Virus record (IMG/VR): IMGVR_UViG_3300012953_000137
Coordinates: 1-30,244 of that record
Reading direction: 5' to 3' (one strand)
DNA length: 30,244 nt
Source of the DNA: a virus
Lineage: Duplodnaviria; Caudoviricetes
Shown piece after piece: positions 16,223 to 25,145 of the stretch (within the stretch, counting starts at the first letter, position 1; every line of letters begins with the position of its first letter). The position numbers were made by a program, and so were the translations under genes. The notes below the pieces were generated by a model, which was not told where the DNA came from, made no database searches, and saw only the letters and a list, made by a program, of their open reading frames with translations.

Positions 16223-16779
16223 TAGATCATACTCCTTGATTCTCTCCAGACTTCTTTATCAGATGCTTTCTGGAATCTTTGTACAGGTAGTAATGCAGCG
16301 ACTGTAAATTCGTCTGCATCTATCCTACGAAACTGTGATTTCGTATATCCTGCTAAGTACTTATGTAGTGTGGGTTTAATTAGATTGATATTTTTTAATT
16401 TCTGATAATCAACGTCTAGTCTCGTACTCTCATCAAACTTTGTATTGTTGGAGTAATCTACTAAACGGTCTAGTAATCTAATCCGTAGTGGAATAGGTAA
16501 ATAATGGAAGTTCACACCTAGAAACCCATCGTTGTATTTCTCCAGAGGTAACACTAAAGGGAATGTATCATAATATGGTAGCGTAGACTTGAACTTAGGT
16601 GAATAGAAGAACATATTGAGTCTACCATAGAAGGGACTACTACTTCTTTTACCATCCCTGATCAGGTCAAGAGCGCCTGGTTTCCCAAACTCTTTAATCT
16701 TGTCTCTATACCAATCAGTAGATCGTGGTCTACCACCAGCTGCATTAACTACAGATTGTACAAATTTACTTTGTGCCAT
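16222..16779 (-). CDS. gp2: DNA end protector protein gp2
   Basis: G...F.Y.PK.K.TLPYYD.FPLV, GFLG.NFHYLP and A..LP..RF.K.....VW..S motifs. Confidence 0.9.
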   Translation of the reverse strand: MAQSKFVQSVVNAAGGRPRSTDWYRDKIKEFGKPGALDLIRDGKRSSSPFYGRLNMFFYSPKFKSTLPYYDTFPLVLPLEKYNDGFLGVNFHYLPIPLRIRLLDRLVDYSNNTKFDESTRLDVDYQKLKNINLIKPTLHKYLAGYTKSQFRRIDADEFTVAALLPVQRFQKASDKEVWRESRSMI

Positions 16780-16796
16780 AAAAAATCTCCATAATA

Positions 16797-17240
16797 CTAT
16801 TTATACTTAATGTTCAGATGATCCTCTGTTAATATCTTAAATTCCATGTCGTTGTTCTTGCACCAAGCGGTAGCATATTTCCACTTTGATGAGTTAACAC
16901 CCCATGCCTTAACTTCGTTCATCCATCGTTTTGTCTTACGTTTAGGTTCTTTTGGTGGAGAGCATTGCACTTTAGGTTTGACCTCAATGATATACCTTTT
17001 CAGTTTACCATCGTGCTGACGTACTTTTATATAAAAATCTGGGAAATATCTGTGCATCCGACCATCCCAAGGGGATAAATAGGGTATGATGATCTCTTCA
17101 CTGCCCCATTCAATAATGTTATCACTGGTATCACAATATACCATGAACTTCCGTTCCCATAGAGAACGGTAGATTATGTTATGATGATCCCCTTTATATT
17201 TTTTGGGATGAATAGGATTATATCGACCTTTGTACGCCAT
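16797..17240 (-). CDS. gp4: Head completion nuclease gp4
   Basis: Y.G...P..P.KYKGD, IYRSLWE..FM..CD, W.SEE, HRYFPDF, IEVKP and KW..A...C....F.ILTE motifs. Confidence 0.93.
   Translation of the reverse strand: MAYKGRYNPIHPKKYKGDHHNIIYRSLWERKFMVYCDTSDNIIEWGSEEIIIPYLSPWDGRMHRYFPDFYIKVRQHDGKLKRYIIEVKPKVQCSPPKEPKRKTKRWMNEVKAWGVNSSKWKYATAWCKNNDMEFKILTEDHLNIKYK
16798..16805 (-). promoter_or_regulatory. T4 late promoter for gp2
   Basis: TATAAATA on the minus strand in the last codons of gp4. Confidence 0.8.
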
Positions 17241-17244
17241 AGTG

Positions 17245-17280
17245 TATAAATAGTTAAAAGTGTTTTATAAGGATATTTAG
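17245..17280. promoter_or_regulatory. Face-to-face late promoters between divergent gp4 and gp48
   Basis: TATAAATA on plus (17245-17252) and CTAAATA on minus (17274-17280). Confidence 0.75.
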
Positions 17281-17282
17281 AC

Positions 17283-18536
17283 ATGTCAAATGCAGTACGT
17301 CAAGTAGTCTCTGGACAAATTCAATCTTTCGGTAGAGGATTAATTAAGAATGTCGCTGGTGGTATCAAGGATATGATTGGTGGTGTGGGAGACAACTCGC
17401 CTGGAGCTGCACTACAAAACAAGAGTAAATTCCACACAAAGAACCTTCAGTATCCTCTTAACGTAGAGGGCGATCCCATGCAAGGACACTACATTCTATT
17501 TGGTATCAATCAATTCAATGGTGAGACTAAACTTGCTACCGCACGATCCAAAAGTATGAAGAAGATTGTCGATGGTATAGAAAAAAACATGGGGTTATCA
17601 AAAGCAAATGTTGCTCGAACTGGTGGACGTACAGGTGGAGGCAGAACTATTGATGTTGCAACAAAAGTGGGGGGTGTTGCAATTGACTCTCCTAGTGGTG
17701 CTGTTCCTATAAAAGATACTGGACAAGGTAAGCCCGCTGTAGGTGGTGCAAAGGGTGGTAACTTATACGCTATGCAAAAATCAATGAAAAGGTTAGATAC
17801 CTCGATTGCACTATACATGCCAGCATCAGTTAGTAGTAATTATTCTTTTAATTATGCAGACACAGAGATTGGTATATTCTCTGAAGCAATATCTCAAATG
17901 GCAGAAATGTTAACTAAAGGATTTAAAGAGGGATTTTCGTCAATTGAAGGATCAAAAGGTAATAAACTTTTGAAGACAGGCGAAGAAGCAGTAAAACGTG
18001 GTGCGTTAAAAATGATTGATTCAGTTGCTCCAGGCGTAAGAGCAAGAGCACAGATAGAAAATGGTAAGATATTATCAAATCGTATGGAGTTAAGTTTCCA
18101 AGGTGTTAACCGCAGAGAATTTTCTTTTACATTTGTGTTCATGCCTAAGAGTGAACAGGAAGCACAGGTTGTTCAACAGATTGTCCACCTGTTTAAATTT
18201 CACTCTCATGGTGCCTTTGGTACAAACCAAATGGGTGCAAGAGGTGCTGTTCCTAATTCGCCTGATGATGAAGGTATGGGTTATGAAATGACCATACCAG
18301 ATACCTTTGATATACAATACATGTACCAAGGAAGTCAGAACACATTCTTAAACAAGATATCAACTTGTTTTTGTAATGGTGTGAGTGTACAGTATGGTGG
18401 TGACAGATACGTTGCATATAACCCAGCACAGAGTTTACACGGAGACACATCTCCGCCTCCCCAAAGAACAACTCTAACTTTGAGTTTTAAAGAAATGGAA
18501 ATTCTAGACAGAACACGTATTGATCAAGGATACTAA
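17283..18536 (+). CDS. gp48: Baseplate tail-tube cap gp48
   Basis: L.YP, I.LYMP, N..EL.F.GV..R.FSF.F.F.PKS..EA, P..F.I.Y and L.L.F.E.E motifs; precedes gp53. Confidence 0.85.
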   Translation: MSNAVRQVVSGQIQSFGRGLIKNVAGGIKDMIGGVGDNSPGAALQNKSKFHTKNLQYPLNVEGDPMQGHYILFGINQFNGETKLATARSKSMKKIVDGIEKNMGLSKANVARTGGRTGGGRTIDVATKVGGVAIDSPSGAVPIKDTGQGKPAVGGAKGGNLYAMQKSMKRLDTSIALYMPASVSSNYSFNYADTEIGIFSEAISQMAEMLTKGFKEGFSSIEGSKGNKLLKTGEEAVKRGALKMIDSVAPGVRARAQIENGKILSNRMELSFQGVNRREFSFTFVFMPKSEQEAQVVQQIVHLFKFHSHGAFGTNQMGARGAVPNSPDDEGMGYEMTIPDTFDIQYMYQGSQNTFLNKISTCFCNGVSVQYGGDRYVAYNPAQSLHGDTSPPPQRTTLTLSFKEMEILDRTRIDQGY

Positions 18537-18538
18537 AC

Positions 18539-19066
18539 ATGTATTTTAATTATTTCCCAGATATAATCTATGATGTAAATGGAAACGGACAATTTGAGAT
18601 TTGTAAAAATATCCTACGCCGTGTTGCAGTAAGAGAAAAGGTTAGAACCAATACCCTATTATATGACACATATGATGTCAAAGAGGGCGAATCTCCAGAA
18701 AGTTTAGCACATAGACTATATGGTAGTACAGATTATCATTGGGTAGTCTTGATGGTTAACGATATGACTGATAGATATCATGACTGGCCTATGAGTACAC
18801 CACAATTTCTTGATTTTGTCAATGAGAAATATACAAACCCTGATGCTACCCACCATTACGAGATATCGCAAAGTTCTGGAGATACCAGTGTCAAGATTGA
18901 CATTGGAACAGATAATTCTGATTATCCATCGGCATCAGTGGTAACAAACTATGGATTTGAACAGGCAAGACAGGACAAAATTCGTCAAATTAAACTGTTA
19001 GACCCAGCATATCTTAATCAATTTGTAACAGAATTTGAAGAACTAATGAAAGAAAGCATCCTTTAA
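18539..19066 (+). CDS. gp53: Baseplate wedge protein gp53
   Basis: YF..FP.I.Y, LysM-like Y.VKEGE.PE.LA..LYG...YHWVVL..N, DWP and R.IKLL.P.YL motifs. Confidence 0.92.
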   Translation: MYFNYFPDIIYDVNGNGQFEICKNILRRVAVREKVRTNTLLYDTYDVKEGESPESLAHRLYGSTDYHWVVLMVNDMTDRYHDWPMSTPQFLDFVNEKYTNPDATHHYEISQSSGDTSVKIDIGTDNSDYPSASVVTNYGFEQARQDKIRQIKLLDPAYLNQFVTEFEELMKESIL

Positions 19067-20514
19067 TGGAAAAACTAGAACGTCCCGGCCAGTTTGTACT
19101 TGATACATGTCTACTACACACCTCTGGAAATGCTGTAATTGATCTAGTGGGTGGTGGTAACGTCATCCACCTCACCTTTTTTGAGGATATGTTAACACCA
19201 TACGTCCAAGGTAGTATTGTAATTCAGAACCAAGGTGGAGCATCGAATGTCGGGCCTATCATTGGACAAGAGACTCTAGAACTTGTAATCAGAACACCTA
19301 CAATGAAAGAAGAACATGAAATCCTGAGTTTCACAGGTAAGAATAGACTACAGTGTACAAGAGTCAACAGTAAACGTAGGGTAGGTGCAGGCACAGAGTT
19401 CATATCCCTAGAGTTTTTCTCTGGAGAGTGGGTTAGGAATAGTAGGACAAAGGTATCTAAGACATTAAGAGGAAACATCAGCGGAATGGCAAAAACACTG
19501 TTAGGTGATGTTGGTTGTTTCAAGAAAATGTACATAGAAAAAAGTAGAGAGAATAAACAGTATATTGCACCTAACATGCGTCCATTTGATGTTATCAATC
19601 ATTTAATGCCACAGGCAGTTAGTGCGTCAGGTGGAGATCAACCAGAGAATACTTACCTGTTTTGGGAAAACAAGAGAGGGTATAATTTTAGGAGTTTGAC
19701 CAGTATTGTCAGGGGAGATACTGATTATTCAAGTAAAGACCTACCAGTACACACATACACACATAAAGAAATTAATATAGGTGAAGGTGGTACGTTAGAT
19801 GTTCTTAGTAGACTATACGCTATATTAGACTTTGAGACACGACATAGTGACAAATTTCACAACCATATTATGGGACAGCTAGGTTCTGAAATGATCACAC
19901 ATGACCTATATAATAAAACATATACCAACACGAATTTTAACTATTTCGATTCTTATGACAACATGACACACATGAACACACACAAGAGGAAAAGTTCAAC
20001 CTATCCAATATACAGTGAGTCACCTGATGTTTTTGGTAACCGTGTATCAGATTATCAATCAAAGACATTTCTATATCCAGAAACCAAGACACGCAATGGT
20101 CACGATGCTGGAATGACTGATCCTAACGGAAACTACATATTTTCACCATACAGACCAGAGTTTTGGGTACAAAAAAGAAGAGGACACTTGGGTATATTGT
20201 TTGGAGGCATATCTGCAACACTACACGTACACGGCAATACCATTATTAACGCTGGAGACATGATAGAAGTCAAACTACCATACTTTGGTATTAAGGACAA
20301 GGAAAATTCGTCAAGAATGGACAGGTTTCTAAATGGGAATATGTTGGTACACCAAATTTCCCATGAATTCGATGTTGCAAACTTTGAACACAAAATGAAA
20401 TTGACTGTAGTTTCAGATGACATAGAAGAACAACTGCCTATGTCAGATGAAGACAGTCCAGAGGGTGAGAAATCACCTCAACCAGAGGAAGTCTATGAAG
20501 ACTTCTACCTATAA
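19066..20514 (+). CDS. Probable baseplate hub protein (gp27-like)
   Basis: 482 aa following gp53; FEDM..P...G.I, PIIGQE.L, PN..PFD.I, YLFWE...GY.F.SL, V.GN.....GD.I; typical of the hub gene at this position. Confidence 0.6.
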   Translation: MEKLERPGQFVLDTCLLHTSGNAVIDLVGGGNVIHLTFFEDMLTPYVQGSIVIQNQGGASNVGPIIGQETLELVIRTPTMKEEHEILSFTGKNRLQCTRVNSKRRVGAGTEFISLEFFSGEWVRNSRTKVSKTLRGNISGMAKTLLGDVGCFKKMYIEKSRENKQYIAPNMRPFDVINHLMPQAVSASGGDQPENTYLFWENKRGYNFRSLTSIVRGDTDYSSKDLPVHTYTHKEINIGEGGTLDVLSRLYAILDFETRHSDKFHNHIMGQLGSEMITHDLYNKTYTNTNFNYFDSYDNMTHMNTHKRKSSTYPIYSESPDVFGNRVSDYQSKTFLYPETKTRNGHDAGMTDPNGNYIFSPYRPEFWVQKRRGHLGILFGGISATLHVHGNTIINAGDMIEVKLPYFGIKDKENSSRMDRFLNGNMLVHQISHEFDVANFEHKMKLTVVSDDIEEQLPMSDEDSPEGEKSPQPEEVYEDFYL

Positions 20515-20585
20515 CAAGAGGAGGATAAACCATTAACTCAAAAGGTATCAAACTGAAACAATTAAAACTGAAAAGGAACGAGAAA

Positions 20586-20765
20586 ATGGCTAAGACCAAA
20601 AATAGAATCAAGAAGATGACATTCCAGAGACAGACAAGAACAATTACTACCCCAATTTCAGATGATGATAAATACGTTATAGAATTAGCAGGATATCGAA
20701 ATAGACAGTTAATGGAGAATACTCAGTATGAAAAAATACCAAGATTTGCAAGAGGGAGTTTATGA
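20586..20765 (+). CDS. 59-aa basic hypothetical protein (not in ORF track)
   Basis: MAKTKNRIKKMTFQRQ...; weak SD AAGGAA; overlaps the next gene by 38 nt. Confidence 0.4.
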   Translation: MAKTKNRIKKMTFQRQTRTITTPISDDDKYVIELAGYRNRQLMENTQYEKIPRFARGSL

Positions 20766-21393
20766 TCCCAATATATTTAAAGCATTCTTCTTAGCGGGTG
20801 GGCCTGGCAGCGGTAAATCATACGTTGTCAGGCGTACCACTGGTGGAACTGGACTCAAGACGGTCAATTCAGATGACCAATTTGAGTTCATGTTGAAGAA
20901 GGCGGGTCTTTCTCTCAAGATGCCTAAGTCTGAAGAGGAACCTAGAGATGCAGTGCGAGCTCGTGCAAAAGAGATGACTGCAAAGAAGAAGAGCAACTAT
21001 CTAGATGGTAGATTAGGACTAATCATTGACGGCACAGGTAGAGAAGCAGAAAAGATCATTCATCAACACCGATCACTTAAAGAACTAGGTTACGACACTC
21101 ACATGATATTTGTCAATACCTCACTTGATGTTGCACTTCAGCGCAATGCAGAACGTGCTCGTTCAGTACCAGAACCTATTGTAGTCAAATCATGGAAGGA
21201 TGTACAGTCTAATATGGGTACATTTAGTCAGACATTCCGTCAAGGGTTCATTGTAGTAGACAACAATGATGCTGGTGAGGATGTATTTGTCAAGGTATTC
21301 AAACAAATCAAGGGACTCCTACGTAAGAAACCCACTAGTGGTATCGCAAAGAACTGGATTGCAAACGAACTTGCTAAGAAAAGACGCAAGTGA
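20728..21393 (+). CDS. Zeta-toxin-like / AAA_33 P-loop kinase
   Basis: FLAGGPGSGKS Walker A, VNSD, IIDGTG, MIFV.T...VA..RN..R.R.VP; ATAAATA at 20668-20674 upstream. Confidence 0.85.
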   Translation: MKKYQDLQEGVYDPNIFKAFFLAGGPGSGKSYVVRRTTGGTGLKTVNSDDQFEFMLKKAGLSLKMPKSEEEPRDAVRARAKEMTAKKKSNYLDGRLGLIIDGTGREAEKIIHQHRSLKELGYDTHMIFVNTSLDVALQRNAERARSVPEPIVVKSWKDVQSNMGTFSQTFRQGFIVVDNNDAGEDVFVKVFKQIKGLLRKKPTSGIAKNWIANELAKKRRK

Positions 21394-21452
21394 CATAATT
21401 GTCACACTTTCCCCCTAATTACATTTAAATGCATATTTAATGTCGATTTTTG

Positions 21453-21481
21453 TTGACAAACTCACTTCTATACCCTATACT
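21453..21481 (+). promoter_or_regulatory. Sigma70-like early promoter
   Basis: TTGACA(21453)-17 nt-TATACT(21476). Confidence 0.85.
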
Positions 21482-21516
21482 AAGGTATAAACTGAGAAAA
21501 CAACGAAAGAGAGACT

Positions 21517-21702
21517 ATGCTAAACGTACTAATCACCAAAGATACTTGGATACCCTCTAAACCTTGGAGGATCGACCTGATCACTCCAAAAGGTAAGTGT
21601 CACATGTCTAGTCATGCGACTAAAAAGGCTGCAATCGCAATCGTGAAAGATTGTTCGCCCAATGCGATAATCACGGACACCGCTACAGGAAAGGTACTTT
21701 AA
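21517..21702 (+). CDS. Early hypothetical protein
   Basis: 61-aa ORF directly after the promoter. Confidence 0.65.
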   Translation: MLNVLITKDTWIPSKPWRIDLITPKGKCHMSSHATKKAAIAIVKDCSPNAIITDTATGKVL

Positions 21703-21703
21703 T

Positions 21704-21988
21704 ATGTTAGTCTCTGAATGGAAAGAAAACTTCGAAGGTTTCGGAGTTTGGACTGCCACTAACTGTGCCACAGAAGGCCCCCATGCACCTAAGATCGTTG
21801 AGTCTTCAAGTGGTACATTTGGTGTGTTTGGTGTGTTTGGAGAGTCCCTTAATATGGGCGAATCATTTAAGTCATTTGAGACTGCTGCAGAGTTTCTAGA
21901 AAGTGTCTTAACTTGGTCAGTTATGCTGAATGGTCACACATTAACACTAACAGGCGATAGTGTTGTGAAGGTTGAAGAAAATGTCTAA
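21704..21988 (+). CDS. Early hypothetical protein
   Basis: 94-aa ORF packed in the operon. Confidence 0.6.
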   Translation: MLVSEWKENFEGFGVWTATNCATEGPHAPKIVESSSGTFGVFGVFGESLNMGESFKSFETAAEFLESVLTWSVMLNGHTLTLTGDSVVKVEENV

Positions 21989-22247
21989 CGAATTCAATTT
22001 CATCCATCCTAATATGTCAGAAAAAGATATGAAATCTTTCGGGTTCTGGGAAGATAAGGACTCTGCATGGCATATTGAGGACAATTGGTTGATGGCACAT
22101 ATAATGCATCTTGCTGGTGTGTTCCCTAGTGTGCGAATCGCACGTAAAAATGGGTGGAATAAACCCATTCCAGAGGGGTTTTCTGAGTTTACTGTGGGTA
22201 AGAGTAAGAAAAAAGTTTGGATTCTCAATGAAATCAAGGACTTATAA
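21981..22247 (+). CDS. Small protein resembling the TyrRS C-terminal S4-like domain
   Basis: AHIMHLAGVFPS...ARK and C-terminal F.VGK.KK; family call tentative; start ATG 21981 chosen. Confidence 0.5.
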   Translation: MSNEFNFIHPNMSEKDMKSFGFWEDKDSAWHIEDNWLMAHIMHLAGVFPSVRIARKNGWNKPIPEGFSEFTVGKSKKKVWILNEIKDL

Positions 22248-22260
22248 GGTACGATTTTGC

Positions 22261-22289
22261 TTGACTTATAGTGCTATGTGTAGTACTAT
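22261..22289 (+). promoter_or_regulatory. Sigma70-like early promoter
   Basis: TTGACT(22261)-17 nt-TACTAT(22284). Confidence 0.7.
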
Positions 22290-22325
22290 GTATATATGAT
22301 GAGAAACAACGAGAGAGAAAACACT

Positions 22326-22562
22326 ATGAAAAACGAATTTGGAATGTTTACCAAAAAAGGTAATGATGCAGTTGGAAAGATTGTTGATGCCGCTATCGCT
22401 GGTGAATGGGGTTGGGAAAAGACTGACGCCGCATTGACTGCCCTTGGTGGAAATGTTATCGGTGGTGAGTTTGAAGAAGCGACTGACACTGAAGTTAGAG
22501 AATTAGTTTGGGAAGCCATGATTACTTACAATCCTGGCATGGATTATGGAGTTGCGAAATAA
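22326..22562 (+). CDS. Early hypothetical protein
   Basis: MKNEFGMFT..GN.AV and EA.DTEVRE.V; start ATG 22326 after a purine-rich leader. Confidence 0.7.
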   Translation: MKNEFGMFTKKGNDAVGKIVDAAIAGEWGWEKTDAALTALGGNVIGGEFEEATDTEVRELVWEAMITYNPGMDYGVAK

Positions 22563-22900
22563 TGACTGTTAAGATTGAAAAGACATTTGATAATGTCGAT
22601 GACGGAATTGCGAATATGATCGCTGCCGCCAACCATGACTACGGAAAGATGAATTTCAACGAGAGAATGAACGATGAGTTCGTTAATGGTTGGACAATCA
22701 AAAAAGGTAAGAAATACATTAAACTTACCGCTGGATATTCTGCTTGGGGTTTCATTGTCAACACTGATGATGACAAGAAGTTCAAGAAGGGTGACCTTCT
22801 GAAGTGTGCTGGTTACAGTGCGCCTGCAAGAAACGCTGCAAGGGGTAACGTCCTTGAAGGTGGTTTCAACATCAATTGGACAGGGCCCCTATATCTCTAG
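22562..22900 (+). CDS. Conserved phage hypothetical protein
   Basis: KGKKYIK, S.WGFI and KFK.GD.LK.AG..APA.N.ARGN motifs; TAATG overlap at the start. Confidence 0.75.
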   Translation: MTVKIEKTFDNVDDGIANMIAAANHDYGKMNFNERMNDEFVNGWTIKKGKKYIKLTAGYSAWGFIVNTDDDKKFKKGDLLKCAGYSAPARNAARGNVLEGGFNINWTGPLYL

Positions 22901-22914
22901 GGGTCATTTTGTGC

Positions 22915-22943
22915 TTGACAAATCCCATTTAGTGTGGTAATAT
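22915..22943 (+). promoter_or_regulatory. Sigma70-like early promoter
   Basis: TTGACA(22915)-17 nt-TAATAT(22938) with extended -10 TG. Confidence 0.8.
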
Positions 22944-22970
22944 AAGACATAAACTGAGAAAGAGGTTATT

Positions 22971-23210
22971 ATGGAAATAGGAACAAAAATAGTTGGAAAT
23001 TTCGGTGCGATGATACCACTGTCTTTTGGTGAGATTGTCAAGGTTGACAAGAAGACCAAATTGATGGATGCGTATGGCATTGATGTGAAATGGGATAACG
23101 GTTCTATCAGTAAAATGATGACTTCTGAAGTGTGTACTTTAGAGTTGTTGCCTGAGAGAGGACTTTCCCCTATTGGTTATTATACAGAGGAGGCTTACTA
23201 TGAGTCTTAA
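22971..23210 (+). CDS. Early hypothetical protein (small beta-barrel-like)
   Basis: 79 aa with SD GAGG; IG.K..., G.I..V and V.WD.G pattern. Confidence 0.7.
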   Translation: MEIGTKIVGNFGAMIPLSFGEIVKVDKKTKLMDAYGIDVKWDNGSISKMMTSEVCTLELLPERGLSPIGYYTEEAYYES

Positions 23211-23295
23211 AAAGAAAATCGTGGAAATTGTCGGTGGCACTTTCTTTATGTTAACCCTATTTGGTGCCGCTTGGTTCTGTTTGGTTGTGTTCTGA
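23200..23295 (+). CDS. 31-aa single-TM peptide (not in ORF track)
   Basis: SD GAGGAGG; MSLKKKIVEIVGGTFFMLTLFGAAWFCLVVF*. Confidence 0.65.
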   Translation: MSLKKKIVEIVGGTFFMLTLFGAAWFCLVVF

Positions 23296-23347
23296 TGATA
23301 CTTAACATTCTATATGGATTGTTTTTGATGAGTTTCCCACTCCTAAT

Positions 23348-23668
23348 GTGGTGGGCAGCATGAGTGCCAAGTTGGATGCATTATTAAAAACGTATGAAGG
23401 TGTAGACAAGGTTTCTGTTATACACGCTGCGTTTGGTGACAGCCCACACGTTGTCGCATTTGTCGAGTGCCCTGGCACTATGAGTACAAGTGATAAGTTG
23501 GAATTTGCGTTTATGAAGACCAACTCTATTGAGGATGCGTGGTACAACAACCCAGAAGTTACTAAGATGTTTGATGGTAAGGGTTGTCGTTCAACGAGTG
23601 TTGGCGATATGGTACTAGTTGGTACTGAGAAGTTTTTATGTGAAAGTACAGGATGGAGTAAAGTATGA
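23348..23668 (+). CDS. Hypothetical protein with YodL-like C-terminal motif
   Basis: RSTSVGDMV and C...GW; start uncertain (23348-23360). Confidence 0.65.
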   Translation: MVGSMSAKLDALLKTYEGVDKVSVIHAAFGDSPHVVAFVECPGTMSTSDKLEFAFMKTNSIEDAWYNNPEVTKMFDGKGCRSTSVGDMVLVGTEKFLCESTGWSKV

Positions 23669-23985
23669 AGTTTTTTAATGTTTCAAGAGAGGTAGATCAA
23701 ACTCTCACAGGTTCTAGTTTGCAAGGTTATATCAAGACCACATATGCAGACTTGGTTGAGAAGTTTGGTGAACCAGAAAATTATGATCTTGACAAATCTA
23801 CCGCCGAGTGGTGTGTAGAATTTTGTGTCGATGAGGGTAGTGGTGACTACAAGTATGTCAACGCTACAATCTACGATTGGAAAACAGACTCAACACCAAT
23901 GGGTGAATACGACTGGCATATTGGTGGTTTTGATTTTGATGCCGTCAACGCTGTAACTGACTATATGGAAGGACAAAATGCCTAA
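23665..23985 (+). CDS. Conserved phage hypothetical protein
   Basis: G..LQGYI..TY..LV..FGEP, DK...EW, TIYDWK and WHIGG motifs. Confidence 0.75.
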   Translation: MKFFNVSREVDQTLTGSSLQGYIKTTYADLVEKFGEPENYDLDKSTAEWCVEFCVDEGSGDYKYVNATIYDWKTDSTPMGEYDWHIGGFDFDAVNAVTDYMEGQNA

Positions 23986-24226
23986 GTCAACAAAACAGAC
24001 TCGCATTGATAATGCGAAGAACAAGGCACCTAGTGTGCCTGGTTATACGTGCCCGTCAATTGACTATGCACAAGAGATCATTGACCAGATCGCCAATCGT
24101 GGTGATGATTGGGCAATGAAACAATCTGACGTAGTGAGGGATGTACTAGAATATGTACGTGCATCTAACGATGAACTACGTGAGAGTTCGAAATACTGGT
24201 ACAAGAAGTACAAGGAGGCTGCATGA
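23978..24226 (+). CDS. Hypothetical protein
   Basis: 82 aa; TCP.ID and LE..R..N..LR helical motif. Confidence 0.7.
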   Translation: MPKSTKQTRIDNAKNKAPSVPGYTCPSIDYAQEIIDQIANRGDDWAMKQSDVVRDVLEYVRASNDELRESSKYWYKKYKEAA

Positions 24227-24516
24227 TAAAAGCACTATTAGTCGTAACCGCATTGAGTGGTGGTGTGGATTACACCACCAAAATGCCTAGTATGGAGTCT
24301 TGCCTGAAGGCAAGAGATGCAATCACTATACAAGATGCATCAATAAAAACCCTTTGTGTTCCTATAAGTGAAGAAGATGAGTCAAAGAAAATTCAAACCT
24401 TCTTCAACATCTTTATGAACATGATTGATCAACTCAAGGAGTATGAGGAAATTGACAGACTTAACAGAGAGGAGAATTGCGAACGCCCACCTAGCATTGG
24501 AGAATGTGAAGGGTGA
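24223..24516 (+). CDS. Small protein with hydrophobic N-terminus and Cys pair
   Basis: SD GGAGG; MPSMESC and a later LCVP. Confidence 0.65.
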   Translation: MIKALLVVTALSGGVDYTTKMPSMESCLKARDAITIQDASIKTLCVPISEEDESKKIQTFFNIFMNMIDQLKEYEEIDRLNREENCERPPSIGECEG

Positions 24517-24591
24517 ATGGGGTAAGAACTATTGGACAGTTGTAATTGCATCATTACTGAGAAGTGCAAATAGATTGAACTAAATAGTTCT

Positions 24592-24897
24592 ATGGTAATT
24601 CTAACAGACAAAGCAAAAGACTATCTCAAGTCGGTATGCAACGGAGACTATGTAACCCTCGGCGTAAAAGGCGGGGGTTGTTCTGGATTCCAATACGTGT
24701 GGGACTTGAAGAGTAATTGGCCAGACGTTAAATGGTCAGACCCAATTGAAGATGTACTAGTAGTAGACCCTGTAGCAGAGATATACTTACTAGGTAGTAC
24801 TGTAGACTATATTGAAGAACTTGGTGGATCATTTTTATCAATCACAAATCCTATGTCTACTTCCAGTTGCGGTTGTGGTGAGAGTTTTGGTGTATGA
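24592..24897 (+). CDS. HesB/IscA/SufA-family A-type Fe-S carrier
   Basis: GVKGGGCSGF.Y, G..VDY and NP....CGCGESF; CTAAATA at 24580-24586 just upstream. Confidence 0.93.
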   Translation: MVILTDKAKDYLKSVCNGDYVTLGVKGGGCSGFQYVWDLKSNWPDVKWSDPIEDVLVVDPVAEIYLLGSTVDYIEELGGSFLSITNPMSTSSCGCGESFGV

Positions 24898-25145
24898 AAA
24901 TATTCTGGATACTATTCTCTATATGGACAGGCGGAGACGGCTCCGATATGTACGTATTCGAAAAACCAGTCTTTGAACAGAAGATTGAGTGCGAGAATTT
25001 CGTGCGATTCAACTTTCCTGTATTGAATGACCATGTAAATGATGTTCACGATGGTAAAGGTGAAATACCTAATCTGTTCTATTGCATACGTGCAGATGAA
25101 CTCAAAGAAAAGATTAGTAGTTGGGAAAAAGGACAAAAGATTTGA
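24894..25145 (+). CDS. Small protein with hydrophobic N-terminus and Cys pair
   Basis: 83 aa; FEQKIEC and a later YCIR; ATGA overlap. Confidence 0.6.
   Translation: MKIFWILFSIWTGGDGSDMYVFEKPVFEQKIECENFVRFNFPVLNDHVNDVHDGKGEIPNLFYCIRADELKEKISSWEKGQKI

Noticed and set aside
16797-17240. TnsA transposase or homing endonuclease
   Set aside because: Motifs and position next to gp2 and gp48 identify it as gp4, which shares the nuclease fold.
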